From Eledone cirrhosa (taxonomy: Eukaryota), in NCBI GenBank assembly GCA_964016885.1, contig OZ024741.1, positions 389,670,001 to 389,734,000 on the forward strand: a stretch of 64,000 bases of DNA, in the 5' to 3' direction. Made by a program: the position numbers and the translations under genes. The notes under the pieces were generated by a model. It had not been told where the DNA came from. It did not search any database and was given only the letters and a program-made list of their open reading frames with translations. How positions within the stretch are numbered: the stretch's first letter is position 1; the number at the start of each line of letters is the position of its first letter. Below, in pieces: positions 46,415 to 59,439 of the stretch.

Positions 46415-48070
46415 ATCATCATCACTGTTTAACATCCATTTTTCCACGTTAGCATGGGTTAGATGAGTTGTCTCATTCTGAGACAAGCTAGATCAGATAA
46501 TTGTGTCTTGCTCATACAGGGCTGATTTTGGCTTGGTTTCTATGGTTGGATGTACTTCCTAACATCAACCACATTCACAATGTGTACTGGGTGCTTTTTG
46601 TTGTGACACCTACACGATCACTTTACAGTGTGGCATGACCGCTTTTTGTCATGTCACCAACATGACTACTTTACAGTATGGACCGGGAGCTGGTGGATTT
46701 ATCTGGTGAAGTGTGTGCTGTTAGGGCGTGGGTTGTGTATGGGAGGGGTGTGAAAGGAAAGGTAGGGCAATGTTGTGCATACTAGATGTATGCTTCAATC
46801 CCTGCCCATGAGAATGCGGGTCTTCTGTATTACTGCATAACACCAGAGATCTTGTTTCTGTGTCATCGTCTTTATGCAGCTGTTATCCCTCACATGCATC
46901 ACATATCCATACTACAGCAATCCTCTCTCTCCTTCATATCACATCTGTTCCTTCTTATGCCCAGTTTCTGTTCATGTATTTCACATCCATCAAAGCATGC
47001 AAGCCTCATTTCCTCCCAATCTATGAAGGTCCCATGTCTCACTGCCATGCAGCATTGCAATTCATACACATGCCTCACACAATCTGCCCTTCATTTTGTG
47101 GGAAAGCCTTTTGCAGCCAACAATGATAGTAAACCCCTCCATCCCATTCTCACTCAGTCCACCATACTCTCAGAACACCCACCTCCACTTTGAACTTGGT
47201 CCCTCAGGCAACATAAATTGTCAACTGTCTCTACGGCACCCTCTAAGAATTTAATAGAGTTTGTTTCCTGTGAGCATTTGCTGCCTACTGCTCCCATGCA
47301 ATGGCCACATGTAAAGCCTACATTCCTCACTAGCCTACCCAAGATCCCACTACATCTTCCATGCACCCATAGTTTGCATCTGGAACAGAGGATAGAACCT
47401 CCACCCACCCCTTTCCTACACACTGAGCAGGACCGCCTCTCACAAGGGATCACGGTTCTGCTCTTCTTATCCCTTACCAGAACCCCGGTCCTTACCAAGT
47501 TGACTCTAAGACACCCTCTATTCCAGATCACACCTTCAGGTCAGGAATTTTTTTTCTAGTTCCACCATACATTCAGCTTGAGTCAGATCATCAACATACA
47601 GGAGCTTCCAATGGAATCCAGTTTTAAAATCTTGTTGTAGTCAAGAGGATGATAATAAACACCAGAGGGCCAGGGACAGAGCCCTGGTGGATCCAAAGCT
47701 GCACACTAAACTCCTCACTACAATTATTAATGATAACCTTGCCAACTGCACCTCCATACACGGCTTGCACAACCCTCACAAGTCATTCATCAACCCCGGC
47801 TTCCCAAGTGCCCACTAAATTACAGAATGGGGGACCCTGTCAAAAGCTTCTCCAGGTCAACAAATGCCAAGTAGAGGGGTCCACCTTCTGCTAGATACCT
47901 CTCCTTCCACAAGGAAGAGAGCATCCGTGGCACCTTTACCTGGCACAAATCCAAACTGGATTTCCTCCTGGCCAATTCGATCCCCAATCAACTACACGAC
48001 TTCCTCTGTAACCCAGTCCATCAATTCAATGCCTCAGTAGTTTCCTCCATCCAGTGCATTACCCCCGTCT
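46415..48070 (-). mobile_element. Old degraded RTE (PHD-containing family)
   Basis: CSVCRKGVGGGSILCSRCKLWVHGRC, GGGCSESMV; RTE tail at 46415-46680. Confidence 0.8.
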
Positions 48071-49649
48071 ATAATATATCTATATATTTATTAATTTTCA
48101 ACTCTATAACAACACCTTGTTCACCATATGGTATAGCAATGAAATGCTATGTATGATATATTTTCAACTTGTCCCTTATTTCTATGAAGAATTCACCTCC
48201 TGATGAAGAAACTTAAATTCTTCCAATATTGGTTATTCCAAAGTCTTGGAGTTCTCAATGTTATATCTTGAGTTTCAGAAACCATGGTTGGGGTATTATA
48301 TAAGTTAAAGCTATTTTTTTGGCTGATTTGGCTTATATACAACCAAAATGATATATATATATATAACGACAAAAAGCATCCAGCCCACACTGTAAAGTGC
48401 TCATGTAGGCACCACAGTAAAAAAGCACCCAGTACTCACTGTAAATGAGGTTGGTGTTAGGAAGGGCATCCAGTTGTAAACATCAAGCCAATATCAGTTC
48501 TGTGTGAACTGACCTAGCATTGCCCATAAACATATATATATATATATGCATATATATATCATCATCATCATCATCATCATCGTTTTATGTCCATTCTTCC
48601 ATGCTAGCATGGGTTAGACACGTTGTCCTGTTATGGGCAATGCTAGGTCAGGTGACCATATCTTGTTCACACAAAACTGATTTTGGCACGATGTTTACAA
48701 CTGGATGCCTTTCCTAACACCAACCTCGTTTACAGTGAGTACTGGGTGCTTTTTTACCGTGGTGCCTACATGAGCACTTTACAGTGTGGGCTGGATGCTT
48801 TTTGTCGTTACACATACACAACCAAGATAAAAAATAAAAGGAAAAAAAGAAGTTCTATTTGGATGGCCATTGACTCTGCTGAGTTCCTCCGTCCTTTGTC
48901 GGGTCCTATGTATTTCATCCCGCAGGGTGTCCAAATATCACTCTCCTCACCAAGCTAGCTTATTATTTATTTAATCAATTTAAACGTCCATATAGAGTAG
49001 TAAGCCATGACAGACTAGGGGAAGTATTGAGTACTCCTTACAGTTGGTAATCAAAAAGAGCTAGTGAGAAAAGTAATAAAAAACATTTTTAAGGAAAAAA
49101 AACAAACAAAAAAATAAAATAAAAATTTCAAATATTGAAGGCCAACAGGAGGCAGATTATACATAAGAAAACAAAAAAGAAAAGGAATATATCAAACAAG
49201 GAAAGCTGTAAATATTTTAAAATGTGGAAAATTTATTAATATATCTTATCCTTTCATTGACATGTTTATGTATTAGAAACAGGTAACTTTATAGAGTTAC
49301 AAATTAATATTGACTGCTCCATCATTGTTGAGCTAATTTATATGATTTTGGTTGCTATTTCTAACGTTAATGTAAACCCGTCGTATTGTCCTAATACATT
49401 AAGTAGAAAATGTTCATACAGTAATTCAGCGTTGCAACACATTGTTTCACCATGCGGTCTCTTAACATCATACTATGTATGATATATATTCAACTTCTTC
49501 CTTTGGGTGGTATAGCAACAAAATGATATTTGAAGATATTGGAATAACCAATATTGGTTATTCCAATGTCTTTGAATTCCTGATGTTGTATCTTAAGTTC
49601 CAGAAACCATAGTCAGGCTACTATATAAGTTAAAGCTGACTTTTTTTAG

Positions 49650-50310
49650 TTGATTTGGCTTATATCCCCCTGGTCTATGTTAGCTGTGGGGAAAATGAGG
49701 GAATATCTTGCAAGAAACCTGAACAGATGTCCATTGATTGATTTGGAGAGGTGGCAGAAATCTGGGTTGTAATCCTTCTTCCAGCGACTAGAATGGAACA
49801 TGCCAGGTTGTTTGACATCATGGAGAAGATAGCAATCACAGGTTGAAGCCCATGCTACCAACTATTCGCCAGCCTCATTGTCTGTAGCATCTCCCCATGA
49901 AGAGTGATGGCTGTTGAAGTTACCAGCATGCAACTTCAAATGGGAGTGGACTTTCAGAGCAGGAGAGGGCCAAGTAGTTCTTGGCGCTTTGTACATGATA
50001 GTGATGGTCAGGTCCCTGACTTTTACAGTAGTGATAAATATGTCATCCCTTCTGATTCCTCAATAACAGAAAATACATAGCATGCCTGATGTAAGTGGCA
50101 ACACCGTATTTTGAGTGGAGTACTGCAGCAATGAACTTGTACCCATAGATGCAAAGCTTAGAGCAGCTCTCAACATCACCAATATGGGTTTCCTGTATTA
50201 ATATGACATCAATGTCATGATCTTTTGCTGTTTTAACCAGGTAGTCACATTTTGCTCTCAACATACCTTCTGCATTGATCTGTATAATACACACAGTTCT
50301 CCCGATGTGT
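49650..50310 (-). mobile_element. APE endonuclease fragment of I-group (Ingi/Vingi-like) LINE
   Basis: QINAEG..IQETH, GNFNSHHSSWG, FHSSRWKKDYNPD; the clade assignment is from recall of motif style. Confidence 0.65.
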
Positions 50311-50657
50311 CGGGAAGGTTCAGTACATCAATATGCAGTGATGACAGAGATATAAACTATATATAGTAGCCACTACACAGTGATGACATGAACTTCACAG
50401 TATTATCTCATGTGGATGGTGTTGTTATTACACATACACACATGCACATATATACACACCATAAACTGCATGAAAAATAATGCACACTTGACTGATTGGC
50501 ATGAAGCTGCCATCCAACATGCTTCAACTTCTGGCCTACATGCATGCTGTCTCTTCGCCATTTCTACCATCACTACAGTGGTATGATATCATACTATATT
50601 GATTCAGACCCAACTCACTCATCTCTCCTCTTCTCAAGTTGTGTCTACCCTTTAGAC

Positions 50658-50814
50658 CAGTATTTCTCCAGGGTGTGGCAATATTTTGTTGGGTCGTGGG
50701 CTTTTAGAATGGGGAATATATACTATACTATATATTTTGATCATGGTGGGGGTGCAATTTTTGGGGGGTGAAGATTGAAATGAAGCGTGGGACAAAAAAG
50801 TTCGAAAAACACTC
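50658..50814. mobile_element. Small hAT/Charlie-like MITE
   Basis: CAGTATTTCTC..GAAAAACACTC ends; flanks CTTTAGAC and CTCCAGAC. Confidence 0.5.
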
Positions 50815-51044
50815 CTCCAGACCCTGCCATAGCCACTTTTCCCTAAACTTCCTCCTTCAAAACGTCTCCTGGAATTCTCTCACTGTTCCTGTAAAATTGT
50901 AGTTTTTCAAACAGAACATTAACAGTACCAATTTCACAAAGCTTAGATTGCCTGTGCCCAGACCAACCTATTATTTAAAATGTTAATGAATGTTTTCAGT
51001 TAGAATAGCTATATATAATAATCAATATCCACTGATGATATTAC

Positions 51045-51055
51045 CCTTTATAAAT
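51045..51055 (-). other. Candidate 11-nt microexon
   Basis: Long pyrimidine tract ending tgtttcag/ATTTATAAAGG/gtaata; 76-nt intron upstream. Confidence 0.4.
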
Positions 51056-51131
51056 CTGAAACAATTAAAGACAACAAAGTAAAAAATAAAGATATCTGCA
51101 TGGGGCATATTTTTCCCCTAAAAATTCTTAC

Positions 51132-51401
51132 CTTTTGAATTGGGATCCAGCATTTCAAATTTGGAATCCATATCAACTTTGGCTTGAATTTTAATCCATC
51201 ATGTTGCATCATATGTTTTGATTTCGGCTGACACCTGAAACTATGCTGCGCATGATGTGATCCACCAGTATCACTATAACTTCTCCAATAATGACATTTC
51301 CTCCTAGCCTCGGGAATTATTGATCTGTCATTAGATTTAATGCTTACCCAGTTTTTATGGTTAATAAATGGTTCCAAACAGTCAGTCTTCATATTGAAAC
51401 C
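51132..51401 (-). CDS. Candidate upstream exon (GFNMKTDCLEPF...WIPIQK)
   Basis: Acceptor tctatttgtag, strong donor AAG/gtaaga; 270 nt open, phase 0-0; non-repetitive sequence. Confidence 0.45.
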
Positions 51402-51967
51402 CTACAAATAGAATAGTCACATTGGAATGACAGGAAGTGAGAAGGTAGCAGCTTGCAGAGTGGTGGTGGGGGAAAGCCGAAAGCCTCTTGTTGAATATGG
51501 AGCATGAGAGAGGAAATAAACTGGAAACCAGGAGAAGATGAGCAGTGGTTTGTCCACCATTGTTGAACACTCAACAAGAGGGTATTAGAGTTAAAGGTCA
51601 AAACACTCAATGAACATTAAATACTGTGTAATGACAGCAACACTTTCTGGACAAGTTTTAGTTATAATTTAATTTCCTTGCAAACATTATTATTAATAAA
51701 CTTTCACAACTCTCTATTACTTGGGCAATGTTTTCTGTAGTAAACCTTTGTCACTAATAAAGAAAGTAATAGTTCCTTTTTTCATATTAAAAATAAATAA
51801 GGTACATTTTAGAAAACATACATAATAGTGTTCAAGGATACAAAATGCTATATTGCTCTATCAATATTCACAGATCTTGGTTTGCTATTTGCTGGAATAT
51901 GTCTACATCTATCCTTTATTATGATTTCATGTCTATATCAAATCTTTCCATTACTTCTGAAATCAAG

Positions 51968-52331
51968 AGGGCAGTGGATTGGCAGATTTATTAGAGCATC
52001 GGACAAAATGCTTTGTAGCATTTAGTTACAGCCCTATATGTTGTAACTTCAAATCCCACCAAGGTCAACTTTGCCTTTCACTCTTTTGGGGCTGATAGAA
52101 TAAAGTACCAGTCACTTAATTTATTGACCTTGTGCCTAAATTAGAAATAATTGTTTCTACTTTTGGCACAAGGCCAGCAATTACCCAGTGTATTACTGGT
52201 ACTTTATTTTATCGACCCCGTAAGGATGAAAGGTAAAGTTAACCTTGGCGGGATTTGAACTCAGAATGGCAAGGGCCGTAACCCTATGCGTCAAAGCATG
52301 GCGTCCGACCCTCTACCGATACTGCCAATCC
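51968..52331. mobile_element. Two tail-to-tail Meta-domain SINEs
   Basis: + copy ~51968-52152, - copy ~52150-52331. Confidence 0.8.
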
Positions 52332-52354
52332 TAGAAATAATGATAATAATAATG

Positions 52355-52392
<38 letters not shown>

Positions 52393-52394
<2 letters not shown>

Positions 52395-53205
52395 CTGATT
52401 GTGGATGTGGCCTGCCCATTCGACACGAGAGTGCAAGAGAAGGAGAGGGAGAAAATTAACCGATACCAGGACTTAAAGTGGGAGGTAAAAAGGATTTGGA
52501 ACTGCCATGAAGTCAAAGTGATCCCGATTGTCATAGGCGCACTAGCGACTATCTCAAAAAGTTTCCAGGGATGGTTAAAGAAAATTGGCCCCTTCACGCT
52601 TTTTAGAACGCTTCAAAAGGCATGCTTGTTGGGAACAACAAGAACCCTCCGATACGTCCTGAATATCTGAGGCTGCAGGTAGTGGCTTGATATTCATTTC
52701 AACAAACTTTCCAGTTAAATAACATCAATGACTGAGACTCAAAGAGTAATAACAACAACAATAATAACCCAATTGTCATAGGCACACTAGGTACTATCTC
52801 AAAGAGTTTCCAAGGATGGTTAAAGAAGATTAGTCTAGCCCCACTTTTTGGAACACTTCAAAAGGCATGCTGGCTGGGAACAGAAAGAACCCTCCGATAT
52901 GTCCTGAATGCCTGATTGATATTCATTTCAACAAACCTTCCAGTTAAATAACTGTTTCTACTTTTGGCACAAGGCCAGCAATTACCCAGTGCATTACTGG
53001 TACTTTATTTTATCGACCCCGTAAGGATGAAAGGCAAAGTTAACCTCGGCGGGATTTGAACTCAGAATGGCAAGGACCGTAACTCTATGCGTCAAAGCAT
53101 GGCGTCCGACCCTCTACCGATACTGCCAATCCACCTTCCAGTTAAATAACATCAATGACTGAGACTCAAAGAATAATAATAACAACAACAATAATAATAA
53201 TAATA
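52393..53205 (+). mobile_element. Two 5'-truncated R4/Dong-like family A 3' ends in a (TAA)n array, with a nested SINE (52953-53136)
   Basis: DVACPFDTRV..RYVLNI* matches 1130-1400; SINE flanked by CCTTCCAGTTAAATAAC duplication. Confidence 0.85.
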
Positions 53206-53206
53206 A

Positions 53207-54035
53207 TGGTTTCTTTATTGGCCACAAGGGCTAACATGAAGAAAAACATTACAGACGGCACAGGACGGTACAGAACGATACAAAGTGGGTTTTGGCCATG
53301 TAAAAAAGGTTATAACAAGAAGATAGAAATATAAAAAAAATTCAAACAACAAAAATTCCTCAATAAGGGGGAAATTTCCAAGGGTCACTCGTGGCGAAAA
53401 CCACACAAAAGACCACAGCCACCCTGACCACCAGGGCAAGCGCCCTCTCTCAGTTTTCCACTCCTCAGTCTACAGGCGCATACTCAGAGCGGGCCCATTC
53501 ACTCGGACCAGACTCGCCCCTTTCACCCACCTTTCAACAAACTTACTAGAAGACAGCACTTGTCTCTCCAACCTGATTTTCCTCTTCAAGTGAAATTTGA
53601 AAAAGTTAATCAGGGATTGGCCAAAGAGGAAAGTGTCTGTCTTCAATCCTTTCAGCCTTGTCTACCATACAATCTCTTTCGCCATGTTTTCTTTATTAAC
53701 CATGAGGGTTGACATAAAGTATGACATTAAGGACAGCACAGGACGGTACAAATGGGCATTTCTGCATGTAAAGAAAAAACAAAGAAAATGACAAAAAGAA
53801 ACAGAGGAAAATTCTCCAATAGGGAAGGGACTTCTGAGGGTCACTTGTGGAGAAAGCCCATTAAAAAAGCCACAGTGACCCTGACCACCAGGGCAAGTGC
53901 CTTCTCCCAGTTTTCCACCTCCAATTGACAGGCACATACTCAGAGCAGGCCCATTCACTCGGGCATGCTTGCCTTTCTCACCCATCTTTCAACAAATTGC
54001 TGGGAAGGGGGCACTTCCCTCTCCACAGTGAATTT
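53207..54035 (-). mobile_element. Two Tx1-like 3' fragments
   Basis: Homologous to 39100-39560; MAKEIVW motif. Confidence 0.8.
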
Positions 54036-54589
54036 CATTTTGAAATTTTAACAGGAAGAATGAATGTTATACATATATTTTAAAGGGAGCATTTCATACT
54101 TAAATACTCCTCCGTCTTAGCAGAATTAATAATCACCAGTTTAGCAGAGTCATAGAAGTAGCAATGGTGCCACGAGTAATCAGTTCGGTAGAAAGATATG
54201 ATAGGAATATCGACAACGACTTCAGCTTGTTTTTATGTTATTTAGTAACCAAGGTTGAGCTGAGTAGAGCAGGCATGCTAAACAAATGAAACAAACGAAT
54301 TAAGATTTCAGAAGGCACGGTCTACTGGCTGAAGTGTTGCCAGGCTGTGGTTATATTGTTGTGTTACATATTGGCTAGTGATTTCACGGTGAAAGAAAAG
54401 TAGTTGTTTACCTTAGCGTGGTCTAGCTGCAAGAGAGAGATTTTTTTGAGCTGACGCAGGAATTTTTCCTGCAGGGCACGTAGAAATACATTCTCCTTCG
54501 CTGGCGGTTATTGGCTGGGCTGAGCCAAGTAACGCATGGAGAATGTATATGAGCCCGCGGAATGTAGGTCGCTACAAATACAACATGTC

Positions 54590-56540
54590 TATATGGAATA
54601 CAAATCTATCACTGTCACACAGTGATGGAACTATAAATTCCAGCAGCATAAGTATTAAGTGAGGTATTTTCAAGGTGATTCCTTTTCTCCTCTGATATTT
54701 TGCATTGCACTCACACCGCTGCCTTTAGCACTCAACAAAACAAAATATGGTTACAAAATAGACAGTAACACCATAAATCACCTGTTTTATATGGATCATT
54801 TGAAGCTGTGTGCCAAAAATGACAAAGTACTGGAAGGACAGCTGAAGACAGTTAAGGTGTTCAGCAATGATGTAGAGATGGAATTTGGATTGGAAAAATG
54901 TGCCAAAGCAACATTCAATAAAGGCAGAATGACAAGCACACACTCAATGGAAATAGATGTGAATACAGTAATTAGGAAACTAAAACAGGACCAAGCTTAC
55001 CAATATCTAGGGATCAATGTGTGTGTGTGACAGCTCACACCTAAGCAGGTTTAGCTGGCCTCCTCTGAGGTATATCTCGTTGGAGGGATCAATGAAGGCC
55101 AAGGTATTCACCATGCCAGCATGAAAGAGAGAATCGGAGTGTATGTGCTGCTTTGAAAACTTAGTTTGACTTGAGAAATAAATTATCTGCCATAAATGCA
55201 CTTGCAATCCCAGTTGTCACCTATAGTTTCAATATTATAAATTGGAACATTAACGAAATTAAGAGAATGGGCACCAAAATCAGGAAATGTTTAACCTGTA
55301 ATAAAATACATCACCCAAAAGCAGATGTGGACCGCCTCTATCTTCCTTGACAAAATGGAGGGAGAAGAATGATCTATCTCAAGCTATCACACAAGATATC
55401 GGCCATTGGACTTGATCAGTACCTTAAAACCACAAATGATTGGATGATGAAAATGGTTGCAGATGACGAATGGAGGAAGAGGTTACATTCAGTCACAAAG
55501 GAAAGTAGGCGGTTTGCAGAAGAATTGGGAATCCAGTTTAGAAAGGGTGGCAATTCTGCAATTAAAGACGCAAAGAACATCAAAATGTTGGCAAAACATG
55601 AAGGTCAACAGAGACTGTGCACTAAATCGAAGCAAAACCTACTACTTTGGCAGTATGTTCTCCGTAGCAAAGAACCTGATGTAGATCCAACTCTCACCCA
55701 TCAGTGGCTGTGGAGTTCTGGGCTAAAGGCAGAGAGTGAGGGCTTCATTTTAGATGCACAAGACCAGTTTCTTTCAGTGTGCAACTTTCAAACCAATGTG
55801 ATCAGAAATGGAATTGACCCAAAGTATCAATTCAGTGATGAGCATGTTGAGACTATTGACCACCTGGTTTCAGGTTACAAAGTATTAGCTTCCCAGGAAT
55901 AGAAAACAAAGCCTGATAGAGTGGGACAATACTTACACTGGGTAATATGCAGGTTCTATAGTCTGAAAACAGGGAAAATGGTACAACCATCACTCAGATG
56001 CAGTAACAGGAGGTGAGAACATGACAACCCCATGGGATTTCCCTGTGAACACTGACCAAACAATCAAGGCCAACAGACATGATATAATTCTGAAGGACCA
56101 TAAAGAGAAATCATGTTTCTTAATTGACATGAGTATTCCATCAGATCGTAATATCTCCTCAGAAATCTATGGAAGTAAAAAGATCTATCAATTAAAATTG
56201 AGAAAATGTGGCATCTTTCAGCCTGTACATTACCAATGACAGTTGGTGTACTTAGAATGATAAAAAAGAGAACTGAAAAATATTTGGACTGAATACCTGG
56301 AAAGCCATCTCTGCAAGAGATACAAAAAATAATATTGACTAAGACTGTCCATGTCCTAAGAAAGACATTATCAATTTAAAACCTTGCAAAGACATTTACT
56401 GTTGTTTGTGTCCTTGTGACGTCATCTGTTTGACAATTGATTGTAAATTGTACGTATTATCAAATTTTACCCCAGGTATCAGGTTGTCACTCAACATGGT
56501 TTGGGAAAAAAGTAGAATTAAGAGGAAGTTTCAAATAATT
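54590..56540 (+). mobile_element. Degraded R4/Dong-like LINE (family C)
   Basis: FQGDSFSPL, HLFYMDHLKL, FGLEKCAK, GLKAESEGFILDAQDQ, WDFPV..RHDI..LIDMSIP. Confidence 0.85.
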
Positions 56541-56767
56541 ATACTGTAATATAAATAATTATTTCTACTTTAGGCATAAGGCTGGCAATTTGAAGGGGAA
56601 GGGAAAGTCGATTAAATCGACCCCAGTGCATTACTGGTGCTTTAGTTATCAACCCCGAAAAGGGCTGCAATTCTATGCCACTAAGCATGTTGTCTGACGC
56701 TCTACTGATTCTGCCAATCCACTGTCCTAATAATAATAATAATAGTAATAATAATAATAATAATAAT

Positions 56768-57003
56768 ATAGGCGCACTGGGGACTATCTCCAAAAGTTTC
56801 CAGGGATGGTTAAAGAAAATCGGCCCCTTCACGCTTTTTGGAACGCTTCAAAAGGCATGCTTGCTTGGAACAGCAAGAACCCTCCGATACGTCCTGAATA
56901 TCTGAGGCTGCAGGTAGTGGCTTGATATTCAATCCAACGGACTTTCCAGTTAACCAACATCAATGACTGAGATTCAAGGAATAACAACAATAATAATAAT
57001 AAT
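56768..57003 (+). mobile_element. R4/Dong-like family A extreme 3' end in (TAA)n
   Basis: Almost identical to 1263-1490. Confidence 0.9.
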
Positions 57004-57220
57004 GGTTTCTACTATAGGCACAAGGCCAGCAATTTGAGGGGAAGGAAAAGTCGATGAAATTGACCCAGTGCGTGACTGGTACTTTATTTTATCGACCCCG
57101 TAAGGATGAAAGGCAAAGTTAACCTCGGCGGGATTTGAACTCAGATCCTAAAGGGCCGTAGCTCTATGCGGAAAAGCATGGCGTCCGACCCTCTACCGAT
57201 TATGCCAATCCACTGCCCTA
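57003..57220 (-). mobile_element. Meta-domain SINE
   Basis: B-box and Meta segment; longer tail variant also seen at 56562-56730. Confidence 0.85.
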
Positions 57221-57409
57221 ATAATAATAATAATAGTAATGATAATAATAATAAACATTTTTTTTTTTTTAAATTATAATCAATGTGCTGTATTAACTGA
57301 CTTACCAATGCACACTGAATTTATTTGCCCTAGATGTCAGGAAGACACTCGGCATATATCTCAGAAACAAAAATGAAAGAAAATAAAAATATAATAATAA
57401 TAATAACAA

Positions 57410-59375
57410 TGACTACTTGGTGTCGGGTGAAGTACCAGAGTGGTTGACAAAAGTTACCATAGTTCTGGTAATGAAAGACCGAATCAAGAGTAATGAGGTT
57501 ACCAACTATAGGCCTATCACATGTCTGGCCGTAATTTGGAAACTGTTAACAAGCATTGTGTCTGAGGAAATCTACTATCAGCTCCACATAAACAACGTAT
57601 TGCCGGACGAACAGAAAGGATGCCGAAAGAGGTCCCATGGTACAAAAGACCAGTTACTTATTGACAAGATGGTAATAAGGAATTGCAAGAGGAGGCATAC
57701 TGGTAATTGCCAAGGGATGGATAGACTACAATAAGGCATTCGATATGGTTCCTCATTCTTGGATAACCAAACGCCTAGATTTTCAAGGTGGCAGGCAACA
57801 TCAGACAGCTATTAAATAAAAGTATGAAGTCCTGGGAAACAGAGATAACATCAGGTGGAGAATCCTTGGGAGGTGTGCAGATCAAGAGAGGTATCTTCCA
57901 AGGAGATAGTTTGTCCCCTTTGTTGTTTGTCCTTATCCTCATACCCTTGTCCCTCATATTGCAAAAAGTGAATCAGGATACAAGCTGGGAAGAGGAGAGC
58001 TTACCATCAACCACCTGCTCTTCATGGACGATCTTAAACTCTTTGGGAAAAGTGAGAAGGAGTTGGATGTACTTGTTAACACTGTCCGTATTTTCAGCAA
58101 TGATATATGTATGTAATTTGGTGTTAATAAGTGTAGAGTCCTAATGATGAAAGGGGTAAATTGAACAGAAGCAACGGAATCTAGGTGATAAATGAAATTG
58201 ATAAAGGAAATTGACACTGAAAAGGGATACAGATATTTGGGTGTTCTGGAGGCAGATGATATCAAGAACAATAAAATGAAGGAATTGATAAGATCTGAAT
58301 ACATAAGGAGAGTAAGGAACATACTAAAATCACATCTAAATAGTAGGAATGTCATAAGTGCAGTAAATTCCCGAACTGTGTCTATTATTAGGTACAGTGC
58401 ATAGTCACGTCCCTTTACAATCTGAGTTCAAATCCCGCCGAGGTTGACTTTGCCTTTCATCCTTACGGGGTCGATAAAATAAAGTACCAGAAATGCACTG
58501 GGTAATTGCTGGCCTTGTGCCTAAAATAGAAACAATTATTAGGTACAGTACGGAAATTCTGAAATGGAATGTTACTGAACAAAAAGAAATGGATAGAAAG
58601 ACTAGGAAGCTAATGACTACCTACAGCATGTTCCACAAGAGGAGTGATGTTGATAGACTCTACTTAAAGAGATCTGAAGAAGTAAGAGGTCTTATCAGCA
58701 TAGCGGACTGTGTTCAGATGGAGAAGAACAGCCTACACAAATATATGTCTGAGAGTAGGGAGCCAATGCTCAAAATTGTACTGAAGGAGAAGACAATAGA
58801 CCAGGGATGTCCAAGGAGAAAGTAACAACAAAGAGGAAGAGCAACCTTCATGAAAAATCCCTTCATAGCACCTTATCTTAAGAAAATGGAATTCAGAGAT
58901 CCACAGACATGGAGCTGGTTAAAAAGAGGAGTCCTTTAAAAAGCTACAGAAGGAATGCTCATGGCTGCAGAAGAACAAGTGCTCAGAACAAAGTGGGTGA
59001 AACACCATATTGGCAAGGAGAAAGCTAACTCACTCTGTAGGATCTGTGGAGAGAGAGAGAAAACTGTGGCTCACATTGTATCCAAGTGTAAACACATAGC
59101 CGAGACTCACTATAAAGGCTGGAGGCATGAGATAATAGGAAAGGTGATTCACTGGCATTTATGCAAACTAAATAATTTACCACATTCTGAGAAGTGGTAT
59201 GAGCATAAGCTAGAGTCAGTGGTAGAAAACGATCAAGTGAAGGTGCTATGGGATTTCAGGATACAGACAGACAAGAAATTAGAACACAATAGACCTAACC
59301 TGGTAGTTTTTGACAAGGAAAAAAGATTGTGCCTGTTGTAGATATAGCCTGCCCTTTTGACACAAGAGTACAAAT
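57410..59375 (+). mobile_element. Older R4/Dong-like family A copy with nested SINE (~58401-58534)
   Basis: NYRPITCL, EQKGC, GIFQGDSLSPLLF, CRICGEREKTVAH; SINE flanked by ATTATTAGGTACAGT duplication. Confidence 0.88.
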
Positions 59376-59439
59376 ATAATCAGATTAGGCCTGTTCAGAT
59401 GTGACTATCTCCCCACTCTCATTCATCTTTCATAAAACA

